From the IMG/VR virus record IMGVR_UViG_3300025137_000016: 64,000 nt of DNA. The stretch is one strand, 5' to 3'. A model generated the notes under the pieces. It had not been told where the DNA came from. It saw only the letters and a list, made by a program, of their open reading frames with translations, and did no database searches. The stretch is from a virus. Below, one piece after another: positions 1 through 10,027 of the stretch. Position numbers and translations under genes: made by a program. Position 1 is the stretch's first letter. Each line of letters starts with the position of its first letter.

Positions 1-1454
1 TTGTTCACAATTATCTAATGAAAGTAAATGTGGTCATACCACCCAAGTCCAGCCAAAATAAATCTACTAAGTTTGAAGGAGCATTCGTAAAAGATCCAAT
101 TGTAGGATTACATAAATGGGTGGCTTCCTTTGACTTAAACTCACTATATCCGCATTTAATTATGCAGTATAATATTTCCCCTGAAACATTACAACAAGAA
201 TCAGTTGAAAAGGGTGTCGAGCATTATCTTAAAAATCCTGCTGGAGAATCTGATTTTGCTGTTGCTGCAAATGGTTCGCAATATAGAAAAGACTTTAGAG
301 GTGTGTTCCCATCTATTATGGAAGACTTCTATAATCAAAGAAAGATTGCTAAAAAAGAAATGCTTCAAGCACAGCAATTATATGAAAACGAAAATGATCC
401 TAGACAATTAAAAGTTATCTCAAGTAAAAATAATTATCAGATGGGAATGAAGATTGCTCTTAACTCTGCTTATGGTGCACTCGGCAATCAATACTTTAGA
501 TACTTTGATATTAAGATGGCTGAAGCTATTACTACTTCTGGGCAATTATCTATTCGTTGGATTCATGATAGAATGAATGAATATCTAAACAAGATAATTG
601 GTACAAAAGATGAAGACTATATTATTGCTGTTGATACAGATTCTATCTATGTGACCTTTGAGAAACTTGTTGATAAAGTTATGGGAGATAAACAAACTGA
701 CATAAATAAAACTATTAAGTTCTTAGATACAATATGTAATGAAAAATTCATGCCATATATAAATGAGCAATATGCTATTCTTGCTAAAAGACAAAATGCT
801 TTTGCAAACAAGATGGTAATGGAAAGAGAAGTTCTAGCCGATAAAGGTTTATGGACTGCTAAGAAAAGATATGTTCTTTCAGTATATAACTCTGAAGGAG
901 TATCTTATAAAAAACCTAAGATGAAGATTATGGGTTTAGAGATGATTAAATCTTCTACTCCTCATGCTGTTCGTGAATTATTAAAAGAGGTAATACCAAC
1001 TGTTCTTCGTGGAACTCAATCTGAATTGTATGAGTTTATCGAGAAAGCTAGAACTCATTTTAATTCACTTCCTGTTGAAGAGATTGCTTTTCCTAGATCG
1101 GTAAATGGTCTGAGCAACTATTATGATTCCTCTCAAATATATCGCAAGGCAACTCCTATTCATGTTAGAGGTGCTTTACTTTATAATCATTATTTAAAAG
1201 AGAAGAATCTAAATCTTAGATATAATACTATTAAAGAGGGTGAAAAGATAAGATTCGTATATCTTAAAAAGCCCAATACAATGAGGGAAAATGTTATTTC
1301 CTTCCTGGATGAGATTCCTAAGGAATTTGATATCCATAAATATGCTGACTATGACTTGATGTTTGAAAAGGTGTTTCTAGATCCTCTTGAAATACTAGTA
1401 AATTCGCTCAAATGGAAGGTCAAGGACACAGCTTCTTTAGAGGATTTCTTTTAG
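1..1454 (+). CDS. gp43: Family B DNA polymerase (T4 gp43-like), C-terminal part; 5' end lies outside the window
   Basis: Motifs SFDLNSLYPH, KIALNSAYG and DTDS; C-terminal SLEDFF clamp-binding-like tail. Confidence 0.97.
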   Translation, partial: VHNYLMKVNVVIPPKSSQNKSTKFEGAFVKDPIVGLHKWVASFDLNSLYPHLIMQYNISPETLQQESVEKGVEHYLKNPAGESDFAVAANGSQYRKDFRGVFPSIMEDFYNQRKIAKKEMLQAQQLYENENDPRQLKVISSKNNYQMGMKIALNSAYGALGNQYFRYFDIKMAEAITTSGQLSIRWIHDRMNEYLNKIIGTKDEDYIIAVDTDSIYVTFEKLVDKVMGDKQTDINKTIKFLDTICNEKFMPYINEQYAILAKRQNAFANKMVMEREVLADKGLWTAKKRYVLSVYNSEGVSYKKPKMKIMGLEMIKSSTPHAVRELLKEVIPTVLRGTQSELYEFIEKARTHFNSLPVEEIAFPRSVNGLSNYYDSSQIYRKATPIHVRGALLYNHYLKEKNLNLRYNTIKEGEKIRFVYLKKPNTMRENVISFLDEIPKEFDIHKYADYDLMFEKVFLDPLEILVNSLKWKVKDTASLEDFF

Positions 1455-1474
1455 AAACAATGACTTACTGGTAT

Positions 1475-1503
1475 TTTACTTTTAAGTTTTTATCAGGTAA
1501 TAT
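1475..1503 (+). promoter_or_regulatory. Sigma70-type early/middle promoter
   Basis: TTTACT-17 nt-TAATAT with the conserved TTTAAGTTTTT spacer. Confidence 0.75.
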
Positions 1504-1510
1504 TATGATA

Positions 1511-1801
1511 ATGAAAAAAGTAATTGGATTAATGATAATAATGGGATTGACTATGTCACCCTCTGCTTACTCCGCACCGATAACAAAGGTGTATGGACCA
1601 AACTGTACAACTGAGACAACCTCAATTGTTAGGAATGGTATCATAATCAGTTCTATAGAAACTAGGACTTGTAAGGAAGAAGTACAGAATGGTCGTCAGA
1701 AGTTTGACCACAAGGCAAACTCAACAGATGCTTTAATATATGAAGCTGCACAACTGATGATGTATTCTGTTTTCGTTAAGGTCATTACAGAAATGAACTA
1801 G
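1511..1801 (+). CDS. Hypothetical exported protein
   Basis: MKKVIGLMIIMGLTMSPSAYS signal-peptide-like N-terminus; start re-called from 1412. Confidence 0.6.
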   Translation: MKKVIGLMIIMGLTMSPSAYSAPITKVYGPNCTTETTSIVRNGIIISSIETRTCKEEVQNGRQKFDHKANSTDALIYEAAQLMMYSVFVKVITEMN

Positions 1802-1814
1802 GAGAAGTTATATT

Positions 1815-1934
1815 ATGAAATATGTTATAGGAATTGGTATCGGGATAGGGGTTGCTTACTTTTATCCAAGTATCGGATCGACTATTATTGAAACTGTGAA
1901 GGAGGTTTATTATGTCATCAATTCAAAATTTTAA
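1815..1934 (+). CDS. Small membrane protein (39 aa, not in ORF track)
   Basis: SD GGAG upstream; MKYVIGIGIGIGVAYFYP. Confidence 0.5.
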   Translation: MKYVIGIGIGIGVAYFYPSIGSTIIETVKEVYYVINSKF

Positions 1935-2478
1935 AACTATAATCTTGGTAGGAATGCTCGCTGTATTTGTGAGTGCGTGTTCGACTACTAAGATAACCCA
2001 AGAAGCCAATAAAGATGGTGTTCTAAATAAAGTGCCGACTTGGTACTTAGATCACGATGTTGAAAAAGGTATTATTAGAAACAGGGATGCTAACGACTTT
2101 ATATATGGTGTTGGTGCTTCTGTATCTTATGATTTACAGTTTGCTCTAGACAAAGCGACTACTATCGCCAAGTCTGATTTAGCTGACCAAGTAAATGGTA
2201 GAATCACTCAAAATGAATCTATATATAAAGAAGAGGGTCGTGGTGAAGGAGAGGATCTAATGATTGAAAGATCTACTTCTCAAACAAATAATATTATTTC
2301 ACCAACATCCCTTCCAGGATATGAAGAGTGGAATAAAGATGTATTCATTACAGCCGATGGTTTGTATAGAGTATATGTTGGATTAAAATGGTCTGAAGAA
2401 AATAACAAACTTGCACCAAACATTCAAATGGCACCATTGGAGCCAGTGATTGTTAATCCAGCAAACGATGAAGTTTAA
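1912..2478 (+). CDS. LPP20-like lipoprotein
   Basis: Lipobox VSAC, VPTWY and YGVG motifs; strong SD AAGGAGG. Confidence 0.7.
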   Translation: MSSIQNFKTIILVGMLAVFVSACSTTKITQEANKDGVLNKVPTWYLDHDVEKGIIRNRDANDFIYGVGASVSYDLQFALDKATTIAKSDLADQVNGRITQNESIYKEEGRGEGEDLMIERSTSQTNNIISPTSLPGYEEWNKDVFITADGLYRVYVGLKWSEENNKLAPNIQMAPLEPVIVNPANDEV

Positions 2479-2496
2479 TTTAAAAGGAGATAATAT

Positions 2497-3555
2497 ATGG
2501 TTGGTTATTTAAACGATCTTATAGATAATCTTGATAATGAGTACGCAGGTCTTGCGGAAAATGCTTTGGACTCTGATGTCAGTTTCGTTGACACAGGGTC
2601 TTATGTATTTAATGCTCTATTGAGTGGATCTATATTTGGTGGACTACCAGCAAACAAGGTGACTGCCTTGGCTGGTGAAAGTTCTACAGGAAAAACATTT
2701 TTTGCTCTGGGGATTGCTAAAAACTTTCTAGACCTAGACCCAGAAGCAGGTGTAATATATTTTGAAACAGAGGGTGCACTTACTAAGCAAATCCTCGAAG
2801 ATAGAGATATTGATACCAACAGGTTCGTAATGGTTCCTGTGACAACTATTCAAGAGTTCCGTACTCAAGCTGTGCGAATACTTGATAACCATAAAAGTGT
2901 GCCTGAAGCAGCACGGAAACCAATCCTATTTGTTTTAGATTCATTGGGTATGCTCTCAACCACCAAAGAAGTAGCAGATGTGGCAGAGGGTAAAGATACT
3001 CGTGATATGACGAGAGCACAACTAGTAAGAGGTGCTTTCAGAGTATTGAGTCTAAAACTCGCACAGCTTGATGTACCAATGATTGTCACTAATCATACTT
3101 TTGATGTTATTGGTTCTTACATGCCTATGAAGGACATGGGTGGTGGAGGTGGCTTAAAGTATGCTGCATCTACAATTATATTTTTGGGTAAATCTAAAGA
3201 TAGAGATGGTACTGATATTGTTGGAAACATTATTAAATGTACTACACAAAAATCTAGATTTACTAAGGAGAACTCTAAAGTTGAGTGTAAACTAAATTTC
3301 GAAAAAGGACTTTCACGTTATCATGGTCTGACAGAACTTGCTGTTGAAGCAGGTATCTGGGAATCGGCTGGTGGTAGGATTACTGTAGATGGTAAAAAAC
3401 TGTTCGGTAAACATATCGCCAACGATCCTGAGAAATACTTTACTGAGGATGTTCTTAAATCAATTGATGCCCATACCAAGAAGAAGTTTATGTATGGTGG
3501 CTCAAGTCTAGAAGAGATTGTACCAGAAGATGTCGAAGATAATACAGGGAAATAA
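2497..3555 (+). CDS. uvsX: RecA-like recombinase UvsX
   Basis: GESSTGKT Walker A, LDSLGML, DMTRAQ, MGGG motifs; T4-like gene order. Confidence 0.96.
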   Translation: MVGYLNDLIDNLDNEYAGLAENALDSDVSFVDTGSYVFNALLSGSIFGGLPANKVTALAGESSTGKTFFALGIAKNFLDLDPEAGVIYFETEGALTKQILEDRDIDTNRFVMVPVTTIQEFRTQAVRILDNHKSVPEAARKPILFVLDSLGMLSTTKEVADVAEGKDTRDMTRAQLVRGAFRVLSLKLAQLDVPMIVTNHTFDVIGSYMPMKDMGGGGGLKYAASTIIFLGKSKDRDGTDIVGNIIKCTTQKSRFTKENSKVECKLNFEKGLSRYHGLTELAVEAGIWESAGGRITVDGKKLFGKHIANDPEKYFTEDVLKSIDAHTKKKFMYGGSSLEEIVPEDVEDNTGK

Positions 3556-4006
3556 TCCCAAGGAGTATGAACCAATCCATAGTGCTGACGACTATGTTTC
3601 AGAAGAAGATTATCTGAAAGCCAAAGAGGATTGGGAAAAAGAAAATTATCATACTGATAAATTGAGAGACTCTGCTCAAGCCCAAATACCACATGAAGTT
3701 TTAGAAGAAACTAATGAAGCTGGGTTTATGAAGCTAAGAGTGACACAAGGTTTATTAGAGGATAAGATTGTTTCTTTTGGCAAGGTATCTTTTAAGACAA
3801 CTGAGGATAGCACTATTAAACTAGACTATACTTATGAGATAGAGGGTAAAGATAAATTTCGTACAGTACCTAAAGTTGAAGTTGAAAAGATGCTCGGTGA
3901 TTTCTTAATGGCTATGATTAAAGAACAACTTAATGAAAAGCAACTTCTATTTAGAGGTGGCGAAGATGAGATGAAGGATGTACTAAAAGATGAGCCAGAA
4001 TCTTAA
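3530..4006 (+). CDS. Hypothetical protein at the T4 gp40 position
   Basis: Lies between uvsX and gp41; no diagnostic motif. Confidence 0.45.
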   Translation: MSKIIQGNNPKEYEPIHSADDYVSEEDYLKAKEDWEKENYHTDKLRDSAQAQIPHEVLEETNEAGFMKLRVTQGLLEDKIVSFGKVSFKTTEDSTIKLDYTYEIEGKDKFRTVPKVEVEKMLGDFLMAMIKEQLNEKQLLFRGGEDEMKDVLKDEPES

Positions 4007-4007
4007 T

Positions 4008-4036
4008 TTGACTTTTAACTTTTTTTCAGATAGAAT
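4008..4036 (+). promoter_or_regulatory. Sigma70-type promoter for the gp41-modification operon
   Basis: TTGACT-17 nt-TAGAAT; ATG at 4044. Confidence 0.8.
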
Positions 4037-4043
4037 ATAAATT

Positions 4044-5438
4044 ATGCGTATTGAAGAAACTATATTAAATAATCTATTACATAATGATGAATACTCACGC
4101 AAGGTGACACCATTCATCAAACCTGAATATTTTGAAGAACGCAATGAGAAGATTATGTTTGAAGAATATACTAAGTTATTCCTACAATATAATAATGTTC
4201 CTAATGCTGAAATGATTGCTAATGAAGTCTTCAATCGTAAAGACTTATATGATAATGATCATAAACTAATTCAGGATGCCATTCTTAAGATGAAAGAGCC
4301 AAATGATGTAAATGAAAACTGGCTCTATGATAAAACTGAAGATTGGTGTAAAGAACGAGCAGTATATAATACTGTAATGGATGCTATCAAAATTATTGAT
4401 GGTCGTGATAAACAACATACCAAAGATGCTATTCCTAAAATGATGCAAGATGCTTTGGGTGTTTGCTTTGATACTTCTGTTGGTCATGATTATCTAGAAG
4501 ACTCCGACTCTCGTTATGAGTTCTATCATAAAGTTGAAGAGAAAATTAAATTTGATATTGAATTATTGAATACTATTACCAGAGGTGGCTTGAGTAAAAA
4601 GACTCTTAATATTGCTATGGCTGGTACAGGTGTTGGTAAATCATTATTTATGTGTCATCATGCTGCATCAGTTTTGGGTGCTGGTATGAATGTTCTTTAT
4701 ATTACTATGGAGATGGCTGAAGAAAAAATCTCTGAAAGGATTGATGCTAACTTATTGAACTTGGGTATGAATGAAATTAAAGTCGTTGACCATGACATAT
4801 TCAGTAAAAGAATTAATAAGATTAAAGATTCTAGTAAAGGTAAATTGATTGTAAAAGAATATCCTACAGGCTCTGCTCACTCTGGTCACTTCAGAGCATT
4901 ACTTGAAGAACTTAAAATGAAAAAAGGTTTCAAGCCAGATATTATCTTTATTGATTATCTTAATATCTGTGCTTCACAAAGATTAAAGATGGGATCTAAT
5001 GTAAACACTTATTCTTACATTAAATCTATTGCCGAAGAACTTAGAGGACTGGCAGTTGAATATAATTGTCCTCTCGTATCAGCTACCCAAACGACAAGAG
5101 GTGGCTTTAATAACACTGATGTTGGTCTAGAAGATACTTCTGAATCTTTTGGTTTACCAGCGACTGCTGATTTAATGTTCGCGATTATTGCTAGTGAAGA
5201 ACTAGACAATATGGGACAGTGGATGATTAAGCAACTGAAGAATAGATATTCAGATCCTAATTATTACAAGCGATTCGTAGTTGGTGTTGATAAGAATAAA
5301 ATGCGATTATATGATGTAGAAGCATCTGCTCAATCAAACATAATGGGATCAGGTCAAGAAAAAAAAGAAGATGATATCGCTGTGTTTGATAAGTCCGATG
5401 CTGGACAGCGATTAAATATGGAAGGATTTAAATTATGA
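4044..5438 (+). CDS. gp41: Replicative DnaB-family helicase
   Basis: AGTGVGKS, IDYLN, ATQTTR, SESFGLPATAD and KNRY motifs. Confidence 0.96.
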   Translation: MRIEETILNNLLHNDEYSRKVTPFIKPEYFEERNEKIMFEEYTKLFLQYNNVPNAEMIANEVFNRKDLYDNDHKLIQDAILKMKEPNDVNENWLYDKTEDWCKERAVYNTVMDAIKIIDGRDKQHTKDAIPKMMQDALGVCFDTSVGHDYLEDSDSRYEFYHKVEEKIKFDIELLNTITRGGLSKKTLNIAMAGTGVGKSLFMCHHAASVLGAGMNVLYITMEMAEEKISERIDANLLNLGMNEIKVVDHDIFSKRINKIKDSSKGKLIVKEYPTGSAHSGHFRALLEELKMKKGFKPDIIFIDYLNICASQRLKMGSNVNTYSYIKSIAEELRGLAVEYNCPLVSATQTTRGGFNNTDVGLEDTSESFGLPATADLMFAIIASEELDNMGQWMIKQLKNRYSDPNYYKRFVVGVDKNKMRLYDVEASAQSNIMGSGQEKKEDDIAVFDKSDAGQRLNMEGFKL

Positions 5439-6736
5439 CAAAAGTGATAACAGCACCAAAGAAGTTTGAATGCGAAGATAAGCTAGGATTATTTGGTGAT
5501 GAAAATGATTATGAATTATTATGTGATTGGGATTGCGACTTTTATGCTCCCACTCCTATGGGTGAAGAAAACTCTGAAGCCAATATTATATTTAAGTTTA
5601 GAAAAAACTGGTTTACTCAAGACCAACAAGATAAAGCATATAATGGTTTGCGTGAAGCAGCAGGTGCCACTGAGAATCGTGGACTCGCAGCAGGTAGTGA
5701 AAAAACAGTTGCTCTAGGAACTAGGGATTGGGTCACTAACTATCACAACGCATTAATACAATATTTTATGTCACCCTCAGCTACTCTTGATGGCTCGGAT
5801 CCTGTTGAAGCAATTCAACTAGAGTATAAAGGTCGTGAGAAGATTGCTGATGACAGTCGTGGTAAAGTGTGGCTCGCACAAAAAGTAGCAGAAGAAGATT
5901 TCGTATTTGATAATTGGGTTGAAGAAATAAGAGGATTGCCTAGAGAGGAAATGGTTAAAGAAGCAACTAGAGTAAATGATAAATTGACCTCTACAACTTC
6001 TTATGCTAATTCAGTGTTCTCAGGTATCGCAGGATTCTTTGATAGATACCCTCGTATTCCTTTTGGTCGTCCTACAACTTTCACTAGAGATAATCCTGAG
6101 AAGTTTGAACAAGGATTCCCTTTCTTACAACAATTATCTAAAGGTTTTGGTGAACTATTGCCAGTCAGGTATGGTAAACAACAGGAAGCATGTAATAAAC
6201 TAGATAATAAATTTATTATTCCTGGAACTGTTTTCACTACTGCTACTGTTAATAAAACATTTAGAACAGCATACCATCGAGACATGGGAGATCTAAATGA
6301 AGGATTCTCTAATCTTACAGTCGTATCAAATAATGGTAAATATTCTGGTGGGTACTTAATACTTCCTGAATATAAAGTTGCTATTAATATTCGTCCAGGA
6401 GATTTATTATTAATTAATAATCATGATGGAATACATGGTAATACACCAATGGTTATGGAAGATGAAAGTGCTGAAAGAATATCTTTCGTATGTTATTTCA
6501 GAGAGAAGATGTTAGAACTAGGAAGCTGGGATTATGAACGAGCTCGTGAAGATTATGTTATTAATCGTAGAACTAATAAAGAACACGTCTTACAAAGACC
6601 ATTATGGAATGGTATTAGTCCTGGGATGTGGGATGAGAAAGAATGGTATGACTTTCTTGAAGATAAACTAGGGAAAGATATTGTATCTAAGTACCACCCT
6701 GACAGTGAAGCTAGTTCTCTAGCAGACTTTTTTTAG
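5435..6736 (+). CDS. TET/JBP-family Fe(II)/2OG dioxygenase (base oxidation)
   Basis: TAYHRD (HxD), GGYLILPEY..GDLLL, HGNTP and RISFVCYFRE motifs; C-terminal SLADFF. Confidence 0.85.
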   Translation: MTKVITAPKKFECEDKLGLFGDENDYELLCDWDCDFYAPTPMGEENSEANIIFKFRKNWFTQDQQDKAYNGLREAAGATENRGLAAGSEKTVALGTRDWVTNYHNALIQYFMSPSATLDGSDPVEAIQLEYKGREKIADDSRGKVWLAQKVAEEDFVFDNWVEEIRGLPREEMVKEATRVNDKLTSTTSYANSVFSGIAGFFDRYPRIPFGRPTTFTRDNPEKFEQGFPFLQQLSKGFGELLPVRYGKQQEACNKLDNKFIIPGTVFTTATVNKTFRTAYHRDMGDLNEGFSNLTVVSNNGKYSGGYLILPEYKVAINIRPGDLLLINNHDGIHGNTPMVMEDESAERISFVCYFREKMLELGSWDYERAREDYVINRRTNKEHVLQRPLWNGISPGMWDEKEWYDFLEDKLGKDIVSKYHPDSEASSLADFF

Positions 6737-6737
6737 T

Positions 6738-7469
6738 ATGAATTATAAAATATTTAAAGACACCTATGTTCGTGAAGTAGATGGCAAAGCTCTAGGAGTT
6801 GATAAGGATATGGTGAACCAATGCCTATCTAATTATTCAAAGTTTGATAATCTTGATGGTGCCATAGTTATGGACTGGGGTATGAATATTGGTGCGTTTG
6901 GAAGAATGCTACTTGATACAAATATAAAACAATATATTGGTGTAGAATGTCATCCTGAAAATTTTGAAGTATGTGAAAAGAATCTAGGGCATGATGAAAG
7001 ATTTTGTTTAATTAATGCTGCAGTCACTACTCAAGATATTCCTGAGATAACTTTATATCTAACAGGAAGTAAACAAGAATTTTGTTCAGGCACTACTAAT
7101 CCAAAAAGTAATGCTGCAAAGAACATGAGAAAAAACCAAGTCAAAGTTCCAACAGTACAAGCACAACAATTATTTGATATTTACCAACCAACACATTTAA
7201 AGTGTGATGTTGAAGGCGAAGAATATCGTATCTTTGAACCAGATTGGTTTATTCCTGAAAGTATCAAACAGATGTCTTTAGAGTTTCACTGGTCAGATAG
7301 AATACTATCAGATTATGAAAGCAATCAACGAGCTAAATTTATTGAGCAAGGTTTCACACCTTTACAAGAACAATTAAATTTAGTCCCAGGAGATAAGCAA
7401 GTAATGTTCTTGGGTGAAGAAGTTAAATACAGAAACATATGGGGTATGGATACTCTATATAAACGATGA
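6738..7469 (+). CDS. FkbM-like class I SAM-dependent methyltransferase
   Basis: DWGMNIGAF motif I, VECHPEN, LKCDVEGEE, LEFH. Confidence 0.8.
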   Translation: MNYKIFKDTYVREVDGKALGVDKDMVNQCLSNYSKFDNLDGAIVMDWGMNIGAFGRMLLDTNIKQYIGVECHPENFEVCEKNLGHDERFCLINAAVTTQDIPEITLYLTGSKQEFCSGTTNPKSNAAKNMRKNQVKVPTVQAQQLFDIYQPTHLKCDVEGEEYRIFEPDWFIPESIKQMSLEFHWSDRILSDYESNQRAKFIEQGFTPLQEQLNLVPGDKQVMFLGEEVKYRNIWGMDTLYKR

Positions 7470-8650
7470 AGTATTTACACACAGATAATAAAGATAAAGA
7501 ATATGTAGATTGGCGACTCCCTGAAAATAGGGAGAAAGGTTTTCTATTATGGTTAGATTGGCGACTAACTTATAATGACCTCGACCATTACATGACAGCC
7601 AACATATTTCGCGATGCTACTGGCGATAAATCCCCTACAAAAAAACCTATGACTGAAGAACAGCGACTCTGGTACTGTTTAATCTTTGGTTGCACCTATC
7701 AAACAGAAATGGCTTGGGCGATATATTGGAACTTTCCAAATCTATTGGAAATTGATTTACAAGAATTAGAAGAATGGAATGTTGAGCATTTAGATAAACA
7801 AAGATATGCTCGTGATACAAAATATAATAAAGGTAGAATTGCTGAACAAGTAAGATCTATGCAACAATTGATTATGCCCTATGGTTCTATTAAAGCATGG
7901 GTAGATAATCAATTAAGAGATAACCCAAGTGAATCCTTTTTTAATATGTATGAGGAAGCACAGAAGATACACAAGTATGGTAGAATGACTACATGGTTAT
8001 TTTGTCAAGCATTAAAAGAAACAGCCGAAGTACCCTTAGAGCCTGACACAATGTTAGCTACTGACAAATCTAACTGGAGTGTTAGATCTGGTCTTTGTTA
8101 TTTAAAAGGTTGGGATAATCTTATTGAAGCCAAAGGTGCGAAGCTCGGAAAAGATGATATGCTGAATGTGGCTGAAGCAGAAAAATATATTTTTGCCAAA
8201 GCTAAAGATAATGTTTCGCCAGAAAATTCTAAAGTGCTTACAAACTTTTTATTAGAATCCCACCTATGTCAATATAAGAAACTAATGCTTGGTGGCGATT
8301 ATGGTGGGCACTCTTCAGGTGATCATTATTCTAGAGGAAGTTTTTTAAAAGAAAAATGGGAGGGTATAGTGAACTATGATGCGTTCTTTGAAGATGCTAT
8401 TACTAAGCATCACCCACTCGTACAGAAAAAAAGGGAAAGTCTTGCCCTAAGAGATTTATGTAAGAAAACAGGTCAAATGATTAACCTTCATCAAGATTAT
8501 GATTTTATGCCAGATATGTATAAGGAAACAGGAATGGATCCTAACTGGTTCTATAACAAGGGTGCTTATGAGAAAGAAGCAGTCAAATGTATAGATGCGT
8601 ATCAGCTAAAGATGAGTGAAGAGAAATTCGGCTTGGAGGTTTACTTTTAA
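7466..8650 (+). CDS. aGPT-PPlase2 / amino-acid:DNA transferase-like protein
   Basis: RLWYCLIFGCTY, YGRMTTW and ESHLCQYKK..YGGH patterns; hypermodification gene context. Confidence 0.7.
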   Translation: MKYLHTDNKDKEYVDWRLPENREKGFLLWLDWRLTYNDLDHYMTANIFRDATGDKSPTKKPMTEEQRLWYCLIFGCTYQTEMAWAIYWNFPNLLEIDLQELEEWNVEHLDKQRYARDTKYNKGRIAEQVRSMQQLIMPYGSIKAWVDNQLRDNPSESFFNMYEEAQKIHKYGRMTTWLFCQALKETAEVPLEPDTMLATDKSNWSVRSGLCYLKGWDNLIEAKGAKLGKDDMLNVAEAEKYIFAKAKDNVSPENSKVLTNFLLESHLCQYKKLMLGGDYGGHSSGDHYSRGSFLKEKWEGIVNYDAFFEDAITKHHPLVQKKRESLALRDLCKKTGQMINLHQDYDFMPDMYKETGMDPNWFYNKGAYEKEAVKCIDAYQLKMSEEKFGLEVYF

Positions 8651-8668
8651 GTTTTTCTAGTATAGAAT
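8640..8668 (+). promoter_or_regulatory. Sigma70-type promoter for ino1-HAD-kinase
   Basis: TTTACT-17 nt-TAGAAT. Confidence 0.8.
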
Positions 8669-8749
8669 TCTTATATATAAATGAAAAGTGTGCTAATCTG
8701 ATCCAGTCAAATCCCACACTCTAATAAACTGATATAAAGGAGAAAAAAT

Positions 8750-10027
8750 ATGTCAAAAATTAAGGTCGCCATTATTGGCACTGGTAATTGTGCAAAGTCG
8801 GTAGTCGAAGGTGTGCAATACTATACTCAAAATCCCCAAGATAAAGTAGGATTAATGTATCCAGATATAGGAGGATACACTGTAGAAGATATCGAATTCG
8901 TTTGTGGTTTCGATGTTGATCCTAGAAAAGTCGGGAAACCATTACAACAAGCATTAAGAGCAGCACCAAACTGTGCCATGCATCATGTATCAGAAATTGA
9001 TGATACTTGTATAGCAAAAGACAGTATGGTATATTCTAGTCCAGAACTAGATGGAGTTGCTTCACACATGCTTGACTATCCAGAAGCAGTATCATTTAGA
9101 ACAGGAGCAGAAACTGCTTTATCTAAAAAACAAGTTGCTCATACTTTAAACTTCCACAAGGTTGATGTTATTATTAACTATCTTCCAGTTGGTTCTGAAA
9201 AAGCAACAGAGTTTTATATAGACGCAGCAGTAATGGCTGGTGTTCATTTTGTAAACTGTATTCCAACTCTTATTGAAACTGAAAAGACTAAAGTCATAGA
9301 ACAGAAGTTCATTGATGCTGGTCTTACTATTGTCGGATCTGATATGAGATCTGCATGGGGTGCTTCTAGATTATCTGAAGTATTACAGGGAGCGATGTTA
9401 GATTCTGGTCTACAAGTGACGCAACATATTCAAATGAATATGGCAGCAGGATCTACACAAGGTCAAGAAACTATTAGAACAGGAAGAACAGCAAATACTG
9501 ACTTCTTAAATATGGCTTATAAAGAAAGATTAAAATCTAAACATATTTCTAAAGAGAATGTTTTAAAAGGTCAGAATCTAGTTAGAGATGAATCTATCGC
9601 AGGTATGACTTTGTATGCTGGTCCAAGTTTAACAGTATTCCAAAAACCTGGAGGAGAATATGTTGGCTCTGATAATAAGATTGCCAATTTAGATATAGTC
9701 GCCTATGGTTTTGGTGGGGCAAGGTATGAATTATCTGCAAGGATGTCAGTACAAGATTCGCCAAACTCTGGAGGTGTAGTTGTATCAGCTATTCGTTTCT
9801 GTAAGGTTGCTTCTGAAATGCAAGTAGTTGGATTCTTAAGAGGTCCATCAGCTTGGACGCAAAAGACTCCACCTGTACAATTAAAAACAGAAGATGCTAA
9901 GTTTGAATGTGATGCATTAGCTAGACGTGAACTTACTAAGATGACTGAACCACAGTTAGTTGTAAACAAACCAAAAGCAAAAGATCTAGCATATACATAT
10001 CAAAAAGGTGAAACTGATTATGAATAG
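8750..10027 (+). CDS. ino1: Myo-inositol-1-phosphate synthase
   Basis: IIGTGNCA Rossmann motif, FDVDPRKVG, NYLPVGS, NTDFLNM, SKHISK, DSPNSGG. Confidence 0.9.
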   Translation: MSKIKVAIIGTGNCAKSVVEGVQYYTQNPQDKVGLMYPDIGGYTVEDIEFVCGFDVDPRKVGKPLQQALRAAPNCAMHHVSEIDDTCIAKDSMVYSSPELDGVASHMLDYPEAVSFRTGAETALSKKQVAHTLNFHKVDVIINYLPVGSEKATEFYIDAAVMAGVHFVNCIPTLIETEKTKVIEQKFIDAGLTIVGSDMRSAWGASRLSEVLQGAMLDSGLQVTQHIQMNMAAGSTQGQETIRTGRTANTDFLNMAYKERLKSKHISKENVLKGQNLVRDESIAGMTLYAGPSLTVFQKPGGEYVGSDNKIANLDIVAYGFGGARYELSARMSVQDSPNSGGVVVSAIRFCKVASEMQVVGFLRGPSAWTQKTPPVQLKTEDAKFECDALARRELTKMTEPQLVVNKPKAKDLAYTYQKGETDYE

